DNA of 64,000 nt from Mesorhizobium sp. (GTDB lineage Bacteria; Pseudomonadota; Alphaproteobacteria; Rhizobiales; Rhizobiaceae). A model generated the notes under the pieces. The model was not told where the DNA came from and did not search any database. It worked only from the letters and a program-made list of their open reading frames with translations. Shown here in pieces: positions 9,662-17,977 of this stretch. The DNA lies in assembly GCF_004962245.1 (NCBI RefSeq), contig NZ_SUHQ01000002.1, forward strand, positions 273,469 through 337,468, in the 5' to 3' direction. The stretch's first letter is position 1; each line of letters starts with the position of its first letter. The position numbers were made by a program, and so were the translations under genes.

Positions 9662-9890
9662 GAAGTGGGTACCGGCTTTGGGAAAACCGATGCTCAACCA
9701 AAAGCCAGGCCTCCGCGACTCTTGCCTTCCGCCCCGGGGAACAAATCGGCAGCCAGCGCCGTTGGGACCAAATCAGCCATGACAAACGATGATGGGATTC
9801 GGCCAATGGAAGTCACCGGAGCAGACGGCTTTTCGCTCAGTTCGGCGACCAAGCATCTCAGGTCGGCTTTGGACTGCCGATAACGGTTCG

Positions 9891-11597
9891 ATGTATGCTC
9901 TTGCTCTAGCCACTGACTACGATGGCACACTCGCGGAAAACGGGATCGTTTCCGATGCGACCCGTGCCGCGCTCGAGCGGTTGAAGGAAACCGGCCGCAA
10001 GTTGATAATGGTGACCGGTCGCGAGCTTGCCGACCTCGAATCCGTTTTTCCGGAGCTTGGCATTTTCGACAAGGTCGTCGCCGAAAACGGCGCGCTCGTC
10101 TACACGCCGGCTTCGAAGAAGGTGCGGATCCTGGCGCCTGCCCCTCCGGCGGAATTCGTCGACAGGCTGATGATGCGCAAGGTCGCGCCCCTGTCGATGG
10201 GACGTTCCGTCGTCGCCACCAGGGAGCCCAACGAGACCATCGTGCTGGAAGTGATCAAGGACCTTGGCCTGGAACTGGAGATCATCTTCAACAAGGGTGC
10301 CGTCATGGTGCTGCCAAGCGGGGTCAACAAGGCGACCGGTCTGGCGGCTGCCCTGGAGGATCTGGAACTGTCCGCCCACAATGTCGTCGGCATCGGCGAT
10401 GCGGAGAACGACCATGCCTTTCTGCGCGCCGTAGGCGTCGGAGTTGCCGTTGCCAATGCATTGCCAAAGGTAAGGGAGACGGCGGACCACGTGACGAATG
10501 GTGCCCGCGGCGCAGGGGTAAGGGAGTTGATCGAGGCCCTCATCTCGCAGGACGCGGCCTTGCTGGACACCGCGCGGCAACGCATCGAAATCAGTGCGGA
10601 CGACGGATCGGGCGCAGCGATGCATCTTTCACCGCGCGGTGGCAGTGTCCTGCTGGCCGGCACTTCGGGGATCGGAAAATCCACACTCGCCACCGCTCTG
10701 ACCGAACGCTTCGTCGAGCAAGGTTTCCAGTTTTGCGTGCTCGACCCGGAGGGCGACTACGAGGAGCTGGAGGACGTGCTGGTGGTTGGCGACGCTAAAA
10801 GCCCGCCGAGCTCGCGCGAAATCTTCGACCTTTTGTCCAAGCCGTCCAACAATGTCGCCGTCAACATGCTCGGGATCAAGACCGGAGAGCGGCCAAACGC
10901 CTTCGCCAAGCTGCTGCCGGAGCTTGCCGCGCTTCGCGCCCGCACCGGACGCCCGCACTGGCTGATCATCGACGAGGCGCACCACCTGCTGCCGCACGCG
11001 CGCGATGGCACATCCTTTGCGCTGCCAAAAAACCTTTCGGCGACCATTCTGATCACAGTTCATCCCGATCTGGTTTCGCGGGATGTGCTGGCAGGCGTCG
11101 ACACGGTGCTGGCTCTTGGCCCGGAAGCCGACAAGGTTGTCGAGAGCTTCTGTGCCGCAGTGGGCGACGATGTGCCGGAGGAGGTCGTGCCGCCACCGGA
11201 GAACAAGGTCCTGTATTGGAACCGGTCGACGGGCGAACCCGCAAGGCCGATCTCGGTCGAGCGTCCCCGGCAGGAACGCAAGCGTCATTCGCGCAAATAT
11301 GCCGAGGGTGATCTTGGCGACAACAGTTTTCATTTCCGCGGCGCTGACGGCGCGCTTAACCTGAAAGCGCAAAATCTCATGATGTTCCTCCAAATCGCCG
11401 AGGGAATCGACGACCGCACCTGGGAGCATCACTTGCGCGCGGGTGATTATTCGGCCTGGTTCCGCAACCAGGTCAAGGACAAGGGACTTGCGGAGGAAGC
11501 GGCTGTTATCGAGGAAGACGATAGTCTCGACCCGCATAAAAGCCGCGCCGCGATCGCGGAAGCGGTCCATCGCCGCTACACCGCGCCCGCCGACTGA
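9891..11597 (+). CDS. fusion protein: N-terminal HAD-IIB (Cof-type) phosphatase plus C-terminal HerA/FtsK-like P-loop NTPase
   Basis: HAD motifs I ATDYDGT, II MVTGR, III GVNKATG, IV GIGDAENDHAF. Walker A LLAGTSGIGKST and Walker B HWLIIDEAHHLL follow. Start set at ATG 9891 because the upstream 34 codons have low third-position G+C (about 56%). No strong RBS. Confidence 0.8.
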   Translation: MYALALATDYDGTLAENGIVSDATRAALERLKETGRKLIMVTGRELADLESVFPELGIFDKVVAENGALVYTPASKKVRILAPAPPAEFVDRLMMRKVAPLSMGRSVVATREPNETIVLEVIKDLGLELEIIFNKGAVMVLPSGVNKATGLAAALEDLELSAHNVVGIGDAENDHAFLRAVGVGVAVANALPKVRETADHVTNGARGAGVRELIEALISQDAALLDTARQRIEISADDGSGAAMHLSPRGGSVLLAGTSGIGKSTLATALTERFVEQGFQFCVLDPEGDYEELEDVLVVGDAKSPPSSREIFDLLSKPSNNVAVNMLGIKTGERPNAFAKLLPELAALRARTGRPHWLIIDEAHHLLPHARDGTSFALPKNLSATILITVHPDLVSRDVLAGVDTVLALGPEADKVVESFCAAVGDDVPEEVVPPPENKVLYWNRSTGEPARPISVERPRQERKRHSRKYAEGDLGDNSFHFRGADGALNLKAQNLMMFLQIAEGIDDRTWEHHLRAGDYSAWFRNQVKDKGLAEEAAVIEEDDSLDPHKSRAAIAEAVHRRYTAPAD

Positions 11598-11731
11598 ATC
11601 CGCCCATGCCGATGGTATCGAGCTTCGCTGATGGCGGATCGCCGCCGAACGGCATATCCGTCATCAACGCCCATTGATGCGAGGCGCGGAAATCATCTCG
11701 CCCACCGCCTCCATCTTCCGAACTGCCGGCC

Positions 11732-11791
11732 CGTAGCGTCAATGCCTGCTACGTCAATGCCCACTACGTCAATGCCCCACTACGTCAATGC
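11732..11791. repeat. four tandem copies of a 15-16-bp unit (C)TACGTCAATGCC
   Basis: Core CGTCAATGC(C) starts at 11737, 11752, 11767 and 11783 (periods 15, 15, 16); the first unit has one extra G. The last unit contains the stop codon (11785-11787) of the minus-strand 144-aa CDS. Confidence 0.85.
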
Positions 11792-12219
11792 ATGAATGTT
11801 CCACGCAGCCAGGCGAAGAAACCGAACCTCTCGGACTTTGCGGCACGGACGCGAGAGGCAGCCCACCGCGCTCGTATCGTGGCGCCGACATGGCAATGAC
11901 AAACGATTTCGTGCAGCTGCCAGTCCGTCAGTTCGAAGAAGCGTCTGGCTTCGCCGTAGGTGTCATCCCTCAAGCCTTGCGCGCGAAAAATCGGATCCTC
12001 GAAGGCAACAGTGAGAGGTGAGTCGTTGTCACGCATTTTTTCGCGTATCTCGGGAGACTTGTATTCGGTGCCCGTCAGCGCTTCGAGACGCCGATCGGGA
12101 TTTTGCTCCAGCAGCTTCGCCCAACGTTCGAGACGCTGGCTTCGAGTCGCCACGAGGTCTGTTGCTTCAGCGTGAACGTCGGCAACGGCATGCAGTTGGT
12201 CAAGTGTTTGGTGTTTCAC
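11785..12219 (-). CDS. hypothetical protein (144 aa, CHCH motif)
   Basis: GTG start 12219 with a perfect AGGAGG 6 nt upstream. High third-position G+C. I recognised no family. Contains HEIVCHCHVG. Confidence 0.7.
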   Translation of the reverse strand: MKHQTLDQLHAVADVHAEATDLVATRSQRLERWAKLLEQNPDRRLEALTGTEYKSPEIREKMRDNDSPLTVAFEDPIFRAQGLRDDTYGEARRFFELTDWQLHEIVCHCHVGATIRARWAASRVRAAKSERFGFFAWLRGTFMH

Positions 12220-12231
12220 GGCCGCCTCCTA

Positions 12232-12281
12232 TTCAGCAGGTGAGTTCGCTCCACCCTTTCAGCAGGTGAGTTCGCCCCACC
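12232..12281 (-). promoter_or_regulatory. tandem duplication of a 24-nt segment in the leader/promoter of the 144-aa CDS
   Basis: TTCAGCAGGTGAGTTCGCTCCACC (12232-12255) and TTCAGCAGGTGAGTTCGCCCCACC (12258-12281), 23/24 identical, period 26 bp. They lie 13-62 nt upstream of the GTG. Each unit can fold as GGTGAG-TTCG-CTC(C)ACC. An AT-rich tract follows at 12283-12296. Confidence 0.6.
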
Positions 12282-12538
12282 TGAAATAAAAATTATGGCG
12301 CCCCACGAGGCCGACAAGGCCCTTATATGCGGACTATTCGATCACTTTTCTGATGGCGCCGTCCTGCCACGCCTGATGCCTGCGGGATCACTGAAGGCCC
12401 CATCGGAACCATAGGCACGCGTGGTCGTTCTGCGGGCATCACCCGTAGAGCGAAACCGGTCGAAAAGGGGGGCGTCAAATCCCGCCCGACGTCGATGACC
12501 GCCAAGGCACAGTGCAGCGCGCGGAAGGAAATCACACC

Positions 12539-12724
12539 ATGGCCATTCTCCCCACTCCCGAACCAACGCCGACTCCCGTGCCCACGCCACCGCCCTTTCC
12601 TGAACCGAAGCCGGTGCGTGAGCCGGACCCGGACAGACTTCCCGACGAGGCTCCTGTCCCCAACCCGGATGAAAACGACGCGCCCCTGAAAATCGGCCCT
12701 AAAGCGTCCAATCCCGGCATCTGA
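12539..12724 (+). CDS. possible proline-rich acidic microprotein (61 aa)
   Basis: GGAAGGAAA RBS about 9 nt upstream of ATG 12539. MAILPTPEPTPTPVPTPPPFPEPKPVREPDPDRLPDE..., no signal peptide. Could also be non-coding low-complexity sequence. Confidence 0.35.
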   Translation: MAILPTPEPTPTPVPTPPPFPEPKPVREPDPDRLPDEAPVPNPDENDAPLKIGPKASNPGI

Positions 12725-13393
12725 CGGATCGGATTACGACCGAGGGGAAGTGCTCGTTCCCAGCTCCTCATTGATGCGGATGGTGTCGGCGCATTGCGTG
12801 GCCGAGCGGCCAGCACGCGCGTTCGGTTGCCGCCGTCTCGGTGCTGCGGGTTGTTTTGACAGTCGCGGCCATCGAGCGCGTGACGCTCAGCAGCGCGGAA
12901 TGATGCTCATGTCCGGCTGCCGGTCGACTCAATGAATCGCATCATCGTGTCGAAAAGGACGCGCCACGCAGGTTCATGGGGAAGCCTCGTGCTGACGGAC
13001 ATCCGTACGCTGGCCGCCGGGAACTCGGCCGAGTGAGCTTGCCTCCCGATGTCCTCTCTGTCAGGCGTGTTCAGGAAGCCGGACCGGCGCCGGCTGCTGG
13101 GGAATCCGTATTGAACATGGGCGACTGCAGCGCCGCGCATTCGACGGGCCATCCGGAACTCATAGCTCCCCGGTAGACGTCCTCGCCGACGAGCGTAACG
13201 GCGAAACGCCAGCCCGCTGGGCGCCACCGCGACGGCTACGACGACGCGGCTTGCGGCGCTGCGCTCGAAGCGTCTATCATGTGCTTGAAAAATCGCTGAC
13301 TTCGGCCCCCGCCGCGTTCGGCCAGCCAACATTTCCAGCGGCAGATGTAGCCAGCTGCGTAGATTTCAGAACCAATGAAGTAGCGCACCGCCA

Positions 13394-14092
13394 ATGGCCG
13401 ATAAAACGCATTTCGGGTTGACCGCCGTCGACACTGTGCCCCTGCATGAGAAAGTCTATCTGGAACTCGTCAGGGCATTGATGTCGGGCCAGTTTGCGCC
13501 CGGCCAGAAGCTGACCTCGCGCAAGCTCGCCAAGGAACTGGGTACCAGCGACATGCCGGTGCGCAGCGCCTTCATGCGGCTGCAGGCGCTGCGCGCGCTG
13601 AGTCCGATGCCGAACGGCAGCATGGAGGTGCCGATCATCTCGGCCGACAGATTCTCGCAATTGACCGCCGTGCGTACGATCCTCGAAGGCTCCGCGACCG
13701 AGCTTGCCGCGGCGCTGATCAATGGCAACAATCTGCGGGCGATCCGCCGCCATTGCACCGAGCTGACCCTGGCAGCCCGCAAGGGCGACATCGACGACTA
13801 TCTGCGGAAAAACTACAACTTCAAGTTCTCGATCTATCGCCACTGCGGCAATGAGCAGATGATCTTCCTGATCGAGACGGTGTGGATGCAGGTCGGCCCG
13901 TTTCTCAGGAACCTGGCCATGGGTTTCGAGGACAATCTCGCCGCCATTCTCGACATCGATTACCACGAGGAAGCCGTCGCCGCGATCGAAGCCCAGGACG
14001 GGGTGCGCGCCCGCGCCGCCATCGTGCGCGACATAAACGACGGCGCGACGCATCTTTTGCAACACGTCAAATTCCCGGAGACGCGGCACTGA
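13394..14092 (+). CDS. GntR-family transcriptional regulator (FadR/FCD subfamily)
   Basis: 232 aa. Winged HTH GQKLTSRKLAKELGTSDMPVRSAFMRL followed by an all-helical FCD-like C-terminal domain. Confidence 0.85.
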   Translation: MADKTHFGLTAVDTVPLHEKVYLELVRALMSGQFAPGQKLTSRKLAKELGTSDMPVRSAFMRLQALRALSPMPNGSMEVPIISADRFSQLTAVRTILEGSATELAAALINGNNLRAIRRHCTELTLAARKGDIDDYLRKNYNFKFSIYRHCGNEQMIFLIETVWMQVGPFLRNLAMGFEDNLAAILDIDYHEEAVAAIEAQDGVRARAAIVRDINDGATHLLQHVKFPETRH

Positions 14093-14308
14093 CGGCGGCT
14101 CAAATGCGGCTTGGCTTTACCCGACCCTACCGCTATAGTGCGATCGCAAATCGCGCAATTGGTCTTGAAATGCCTCCCGATATCCCGGCTAGTGAATTGA
14201 AAAAATAAAGGAAATCCTCTGGTGAGAGCCGGAGCGGTTTTCAGAAACTCACAAGCTATAGAGATATCGTAACCGGCCAGGGCTACGGCACCTAGGAAAA
14301 ACCAGGGG

Positions 14309-15670
14309 TTGAAATTGGGCGATGCAATCACGGATGTATTGAAGTGGCTTGAAAGCAGGGACGACATCCAAAGCCTGCGGGCTGCGGTGTGCGACCTCAA
14401 CGGCATCATGCGCGGTAAGCGCATCCCGGTCGAGCAGGCACGCAAGGCGCTGGAAGGCAAGCTGCGCATGCCCTATTCGCTGGTCGGGCTCGACATCTGG
14501 GGCGAGGATATCGAGGGCAATACGCTGGTTTTCGGCACCGGCGACGCCGACGGCCTTTGCCAGTGGACGGGACGCGGCATCCTGCCGGTGAGCTGGACGG
14601 CGCACCCAACAGCACTTGTCCCGCTCTGGCTGGCCGATGAAACCGGCGCGTCGTTCCTGGGTGACCCGCGGCGGGCGCTGGCTCGTATCCTCGATCGCTA
14701 CAAGGCTCTGGGCCTTACCCCTGTCACGGCTACGGAACTGGAGTTCTATCTGGTCGACCCGCAATCGCAGCGGCCGATCGGGCCTGTCTCGCCGGTAACA
14801 GGGCGTCGTCTCGATTCCGATGCAGCCCTGTCGATCGACGAGATCGACGACTTCGAAGCCTTCATCCACGATGTCTACGACGCCTGCCGCATGCAAGGTA
14901 TTCCCGTCGACACCGCGATCGCCGAGAACGGCGTCGGCCAGTTCGAGATCAATCTGAACCATGTCGCGGACGCCTTGCGTGCCGCCGACGACGCCGTCCT
15001 GTTCAAGCGCACCGTCAAGGGCATCGCCCGCAAGCACGGCTTTGCCGCCTGCTTCATGGCGAAGCCCTATGGCGACCGTGCCGGCAACGGCTTTCACGTC
15101 CATTTCAGCCTGACCGACGCCGAAGGCCGCAACGTCTTCGACGATGGCAGCGACCAGGGTTCGGACATCATGCGCCATGCCGTCGGCGGACTGCTCGCCG
15201 CCATGGCCGAAAGCACGCTGGTGTTCGCGCCGCACTTCAATTCCTACCGCAGGCTGCGTCCCAGATCCTATGCGCCGACAGCGGTTGCCTGGGGCTATGA
15301 GAACCGCATGGTCGCGATCCGCATCCCAGGCGGCCCGACGAGCGCGCGCCGGATCGAGCATCGCGTCGCCGGCGCCGACGCCAACCCGTACCTCGTGCTT
15401 GCGGCCATCCTGGGCGCCGCGCTCATCGGCATCGAAGGGCAATTGTCGCCTGGCGATCCAGCGGGCAGAGACGGGCAAGGACTTCAGCCGGCCAAGCTGC
15501 CGCCGGACTGGGCCTCCGCGATCGCCAGTTTCGAGAGCGGGGCGCATGTGGCGGAGATATTTCCGGCCATCCTGCGCGACTCCTTCATCGCCTGCAAACG
15601 CCAGGAGCTGAATACGTTCGCGCTCAATGTCAGCGACTTCGAACTCGAGACCTATCTCGAAAGCGTTTAA
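14309..15670 (+). CDS. glutamine synthetase family protein (gamma-glutamyl-polyamine/amine synthetase, PuuA-like)
   Basis: 453 aa with a TTG start. GS catalytic-domain motifs ELEFYLVD, GNGFHVHFSL, YENRMVAIRIP, RIEHRVAGADANPYL. Confidence 0.85.
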   Translation: MKLGDAITDVLKWLESRDDIQSLRAAVCDLNGIMRGKRIPVEQARKALEGKLRMPYSLVGLDIWGEDIEGNTLVFGTGDADGLCQWTGRGILPVSWTAHPTALVPLWLADETGASFLGDPRRALARILDRYKALGLTPVTATELEFYLVDPQSQRPIGPVSPVTGRRLDSDAALSIDEIDDFEAFIHDVYDACRMQGIPVDTAIAENGVGQFEINLNHVADALRAADDAVLFKRTVKGIARKHGFAACFMAKPYGDRAGNGFHVHFSLTDAEGRNVFDDGSDQGSDIMRHAVGGLLAAMAESTLVFAPHFNSYRRLRPRSYAPTAVAWGYENRMVAIRIPGGPTSARRIEHRVAGADANPYLVLAAILGAALIGIEGQLSPGDPAGRDGQGLQPAKLPPDWASAIASFESGAHVAEIFPAILRDSFIACKRQELNTFALNVSDFELETYLESV

Positions 15671-15773
15671 TGCATGTCGCGCAAAAAGCGCGCAGCGGTT
15701 TGCGATAACGACTTGCATAAAAACAAGAACTTAAAACGCGTCGCATGAATCCGCTCAATGCGACGCGCTTTAG
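15668..15773 (+). repeat. family-A two-hairpin element, copy 2
   Basis: Same architecture and orientation as copy 1. Its first 3 nt are the TAA stop of the GS-like CDS. Confidence 0.8.
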
Positions 15774-15803
15774 GGCCATCGCACGGCCTGCGGTGGGAGA
15801 CCG

Positions 15804-16817
15804 TCAACCGGCATTCTCGCGCAGCGGCATGCAGCTTTCCCCGACGATCAGAGCCGGTTGGAAAACGATGCTGCGCACGGGCTCCGATACCCTTTCCTCG
15901 ATGCGATCGACGAGCAGGCGCAGCGCTTCGTTGGTCATGTCGGCGATGGGGTGCTCCGTCCTCGTCAGTCGAGGCTTCAAGCCGCCGGCGCCTGCGACCG
16001 TGTCCGTCGAGGCGATTGAAATGTCCTGCGGACAGCGCAGGCCAAGATCGGCAACGGCGCGCATCACGCCGATCGCCATGACGCCGTTCGCGACATAGAT
16101 CGCCGTCGGGCGGTCGGGCGAACCCATCATGTCGCGAGCGACCGAATAGGCGGCTTCTTCGCGAAATTCGCCGGACCTGATATGACCGGGCTGCGGCGCG
16201 AGTCCACGCGCGGCCATCGCATCGATCATGCCGTCAAGCCTGCCTTTGCTGGTCGACAATTGCATCGGGCCGGTGATCGAGCCTATGCGGCGATGTCCGA
16301 GGTCGAGCAGGTAGTCGGCGGCCTGTCTGCCGGCCTCCCGATTGTCGATGGTCACCGTATCGGCGCTGTTGCCTTCGATCGATCGCCCCAGAAGAACGGT
16401 CGCGATGCCATCGAACTCGTGTGGCTGATATTGATTTGCCGCGCCCACCGGAACCAGAACCATTCCGTCGCAACCAAGAGTGCGAATTCGCGACAGGATG
16501 CGCCGTTCCGTGTCAGGCTTTTCATCGCTGTTGAAGAGAACGAGCGAATAGCCCCACGCCGCGACGGCCGCCTCCGCCGACCAGACGATGCGCGCGTAGA
16601 ACGGGTTCGAGAGATCGGCCACCGCAAGGGCGATCAACTGGCTGCGGTTGCGACGCAGGTTGCGGGCGGCCAGCGACGGTTCATAGCGCAGCTCGCGAAT
16701 GGCGGTGACGACGCGAGCCCTCAGCTCGGGGCTGACGAAGGCAGTATCGTTCATGACGGCCGAGACCGTCGCGGTCGACACCCCTGCCTTTCTGGCAACG
16801 TCTTTGATGGTGGCCAT
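15804..16817 (-). CDS. LacI-family transcriptional regulator
   Basis: Start moved to ATG 16817 (MATIKDVARKAGVSTATVSAVMN, canonical LacI HTH), followed by a periplasmic-binding-protein-like core. Divergent from a CUT2 ABC operon. Confidence 0.88.
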   Translation of the reverse strand: MATIKDVARKAGVSTATVSAVMNDTAFVSPELRARVVTAIRELRYEPSLAARNLRRNRSQLIALAVADLSNPFYARIVWSAEAAVAAWGYSLVLFNSDEKPDTERRILSRIRTLGCDGMVLVPVGAANQYQPHEFDGIATVLLGRSIEGNSADTVTIDNREAGRQAADYLLDLGHRRIGSITGPMQLSTSKGRLDGMIDAMAARGLAPQPGHIRSGEFREEAAYSVARDMMGSPDRPTAIYVANGVMAIGVMRAVADLGLRCPQDISIASTDTVAGAGGLKPRLTRTEHPIADMTNEALRLLVDRIEERVSEPVRSIVFQPALIVGESCMPLRENAG

Positions 16818-16828
16818 TTTGCCCTGAT

Positions 16829-16844
16829 AGCTAATCGTTTCGCT
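16829..16844. promoter_or_regulatory. candidate LacI-type operator 1 (AGCTAATCGTTTCGCT)
   Basis: 16-bp imperfect dyad (6/8 per half) sharing the half-site AGCGAAAC with site 2. Lies 12 bp upstream of the lacI-family start codon. Confidence 0.35.
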
Positions 16845-16916
16845 GAAGTCTGGTTCAGATTTATGGCTGTGTCCAGCGGATTCCTGCTTGCATTGGGTCG
16901 CATTTTGCGTGACGTT

Positions 16917-16932
16917 AGCGAAACGGTTTGCT
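16917..16932. promoter_or_regulatory. candidate LacI-type operator 2 (AGCGAAACGGTTTGCT)
   Basis: 16-bp imperfect dyad with central CG, resembling the generic LacI operator TGnAAACGnTTnCA. Lies 45 bp upstream of the binding-protein ATG. Confidence 0.4.
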
Positions 16933-16976
16933 GTCAAGAGGCTCTGACGGCAAAATCAGGTGAAGGGAGGAGAACC

Positions 16977-17918
16977 ATGAGAAATCTAGCTTGCATCATC
17001 GCCGCCGGAGCGCTCTCGCTCGTGACGGCCGGCGCTGCCGCGCAGGACAAGCCGCTTCTTGGCATCGTGTCGATCAGCGCCACCGAAGCCAACAATGTCC
17101 GCTACATCCAGGGCGCCACCAAGGCCGCCGATGAGCTTGGCTGGAAGACCAACGTTGTGGATGCCGCCGGCAGTGCCGACCAGGCGAACGCGGCGATCCA
17201 GAATTTCGCGCAGCTCAAGGCGCATGCGATCATCGACATGGTCTTTCCCTATTCGTCGATCGGCGCCGGTCTGGCCGCCGCGGGCGACGCTGGAATACCT
17301 GTGGTGACCTGGGGCGGCGGGCTTGGCTCGACCGTTGCCGCCACGAACGGCTCAGGCGGCCCGATGGCGATACCGGTCGTCGATCTCATGGTCGAGAAAA
17401 TGGGTGGCAAGGGTTCGATACTGGCCCTCACCTACCGGACCGGCGAAGTCTGCCGCAACCGCGAAGTCGTGATGGACGAGATCGTCGCCAAACACCCTGA
17501 CATCACCGTCACCAAGAACGAGGTGCGCATCCCCGGCTACTTCGAGGACGGCGCCCAATACGCCAATGCCTGGCTGGCCTCGCATCCGGCCGGCAAGGAA
17601 AACCTGGCCATCTGGGGATGTTGGGACGACCCGGCGATTGGCGCCATCGGCTCGCTGCGCGCCCAGGGACGCGACGACGTTCTGGTTTACGGCATCAATG
17701 GCAATGCCCAGGCGCTGGAGAACATCAAGAACGGCTTCATGACCGCGACGGCCTGGCAGGACAGCTTCACTGAAGGCTACAACATGGTCAAGATGTTGAA
17801 GGACATCAAGGATGCGGGCGGCGCCTGGCAAGCCAAGGCAGCCGAGGTTCCGGCGGTGCTGGTGACCAGGGAGACTGCCGATGCCTTTCTCAAGGACCAT
17901 CCGGAAGCCATAAAGTAG
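16977..17918 (+). CDS. sugar ABC transporter substrate-binding protein (ribose/CUT2 type)
   Basis: Start at ATG 16977 after GAAGGGAGGAG. Signal peptide MRNLACIIAAGALSLVTAGAAAQ. Peripla_BP-like body. The 265 upstream codons of the track ORF are antisense to the LacI gene. Confidence 0.88.
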   Translation: MRNLACIIAAGALSLVTAGAAAQDKPLLGIVSISATEANNVRYIQGATKAADELGWKTNVVDAAGSADQANAAIQNFAQLKAHAIIDMVFPYSSIGAGLAAAGDAGIPVVTWGGGLGSTVAATNGSGGPMAIPVVDLMVEKMGGKGSILALTYRTGEVCRNREVVMDEIVAKHPDITVTKNEVRIPGYFEDGAQYANAWLASHPAGKENLAIWGCWDDPAIGAIGSLRAQGRDDVLVYGINGNAQALENIKNGFMTATAWQDSFTEGYNMVKMLKDIKDAGGAWQAKAAEVPAVLVTRETADAFLKDHPEAIK

Positions 17919-17977
17919 GACTTGGTTTGGAGGCGACGTTGACAAGGGGTGCGCCACAGCCAGGCAACGCTGATGAA

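Noticed and set aside
9789-9890. 34-codon N-terminal extension of the HAD-NTPase fusion
   Set aside because: Third-position G+C is only about 56% by hand count, well below the downstream coding region. HAD motif I sits at residues 7-13 from ATG 9891, as is usual for the family.
11732-11791. Possible CRISPR array
   Set aside because: The units are 15-16 bp and directly abutting with no spacers. There are only four copies and no cas genes in the window. It is a simple tandem repeat.
12907-13332. 141-aa minus-strand ORF in the gene-poor stretch
   Set aside because: Arg-rich with no motif, no RBS and no coherent hydrophobic pattern. It is treated as noise, although a degraded pseudogene cannot be excluded without blastx.
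16182-16976. 265-codon N-terminal extension of the sugar-binding protein ORF
   Set aside because: It is antisense to the LacI gene. A strong RBS (GAAGGGAGGAG) and a signal peptide begin at ATG 16977.
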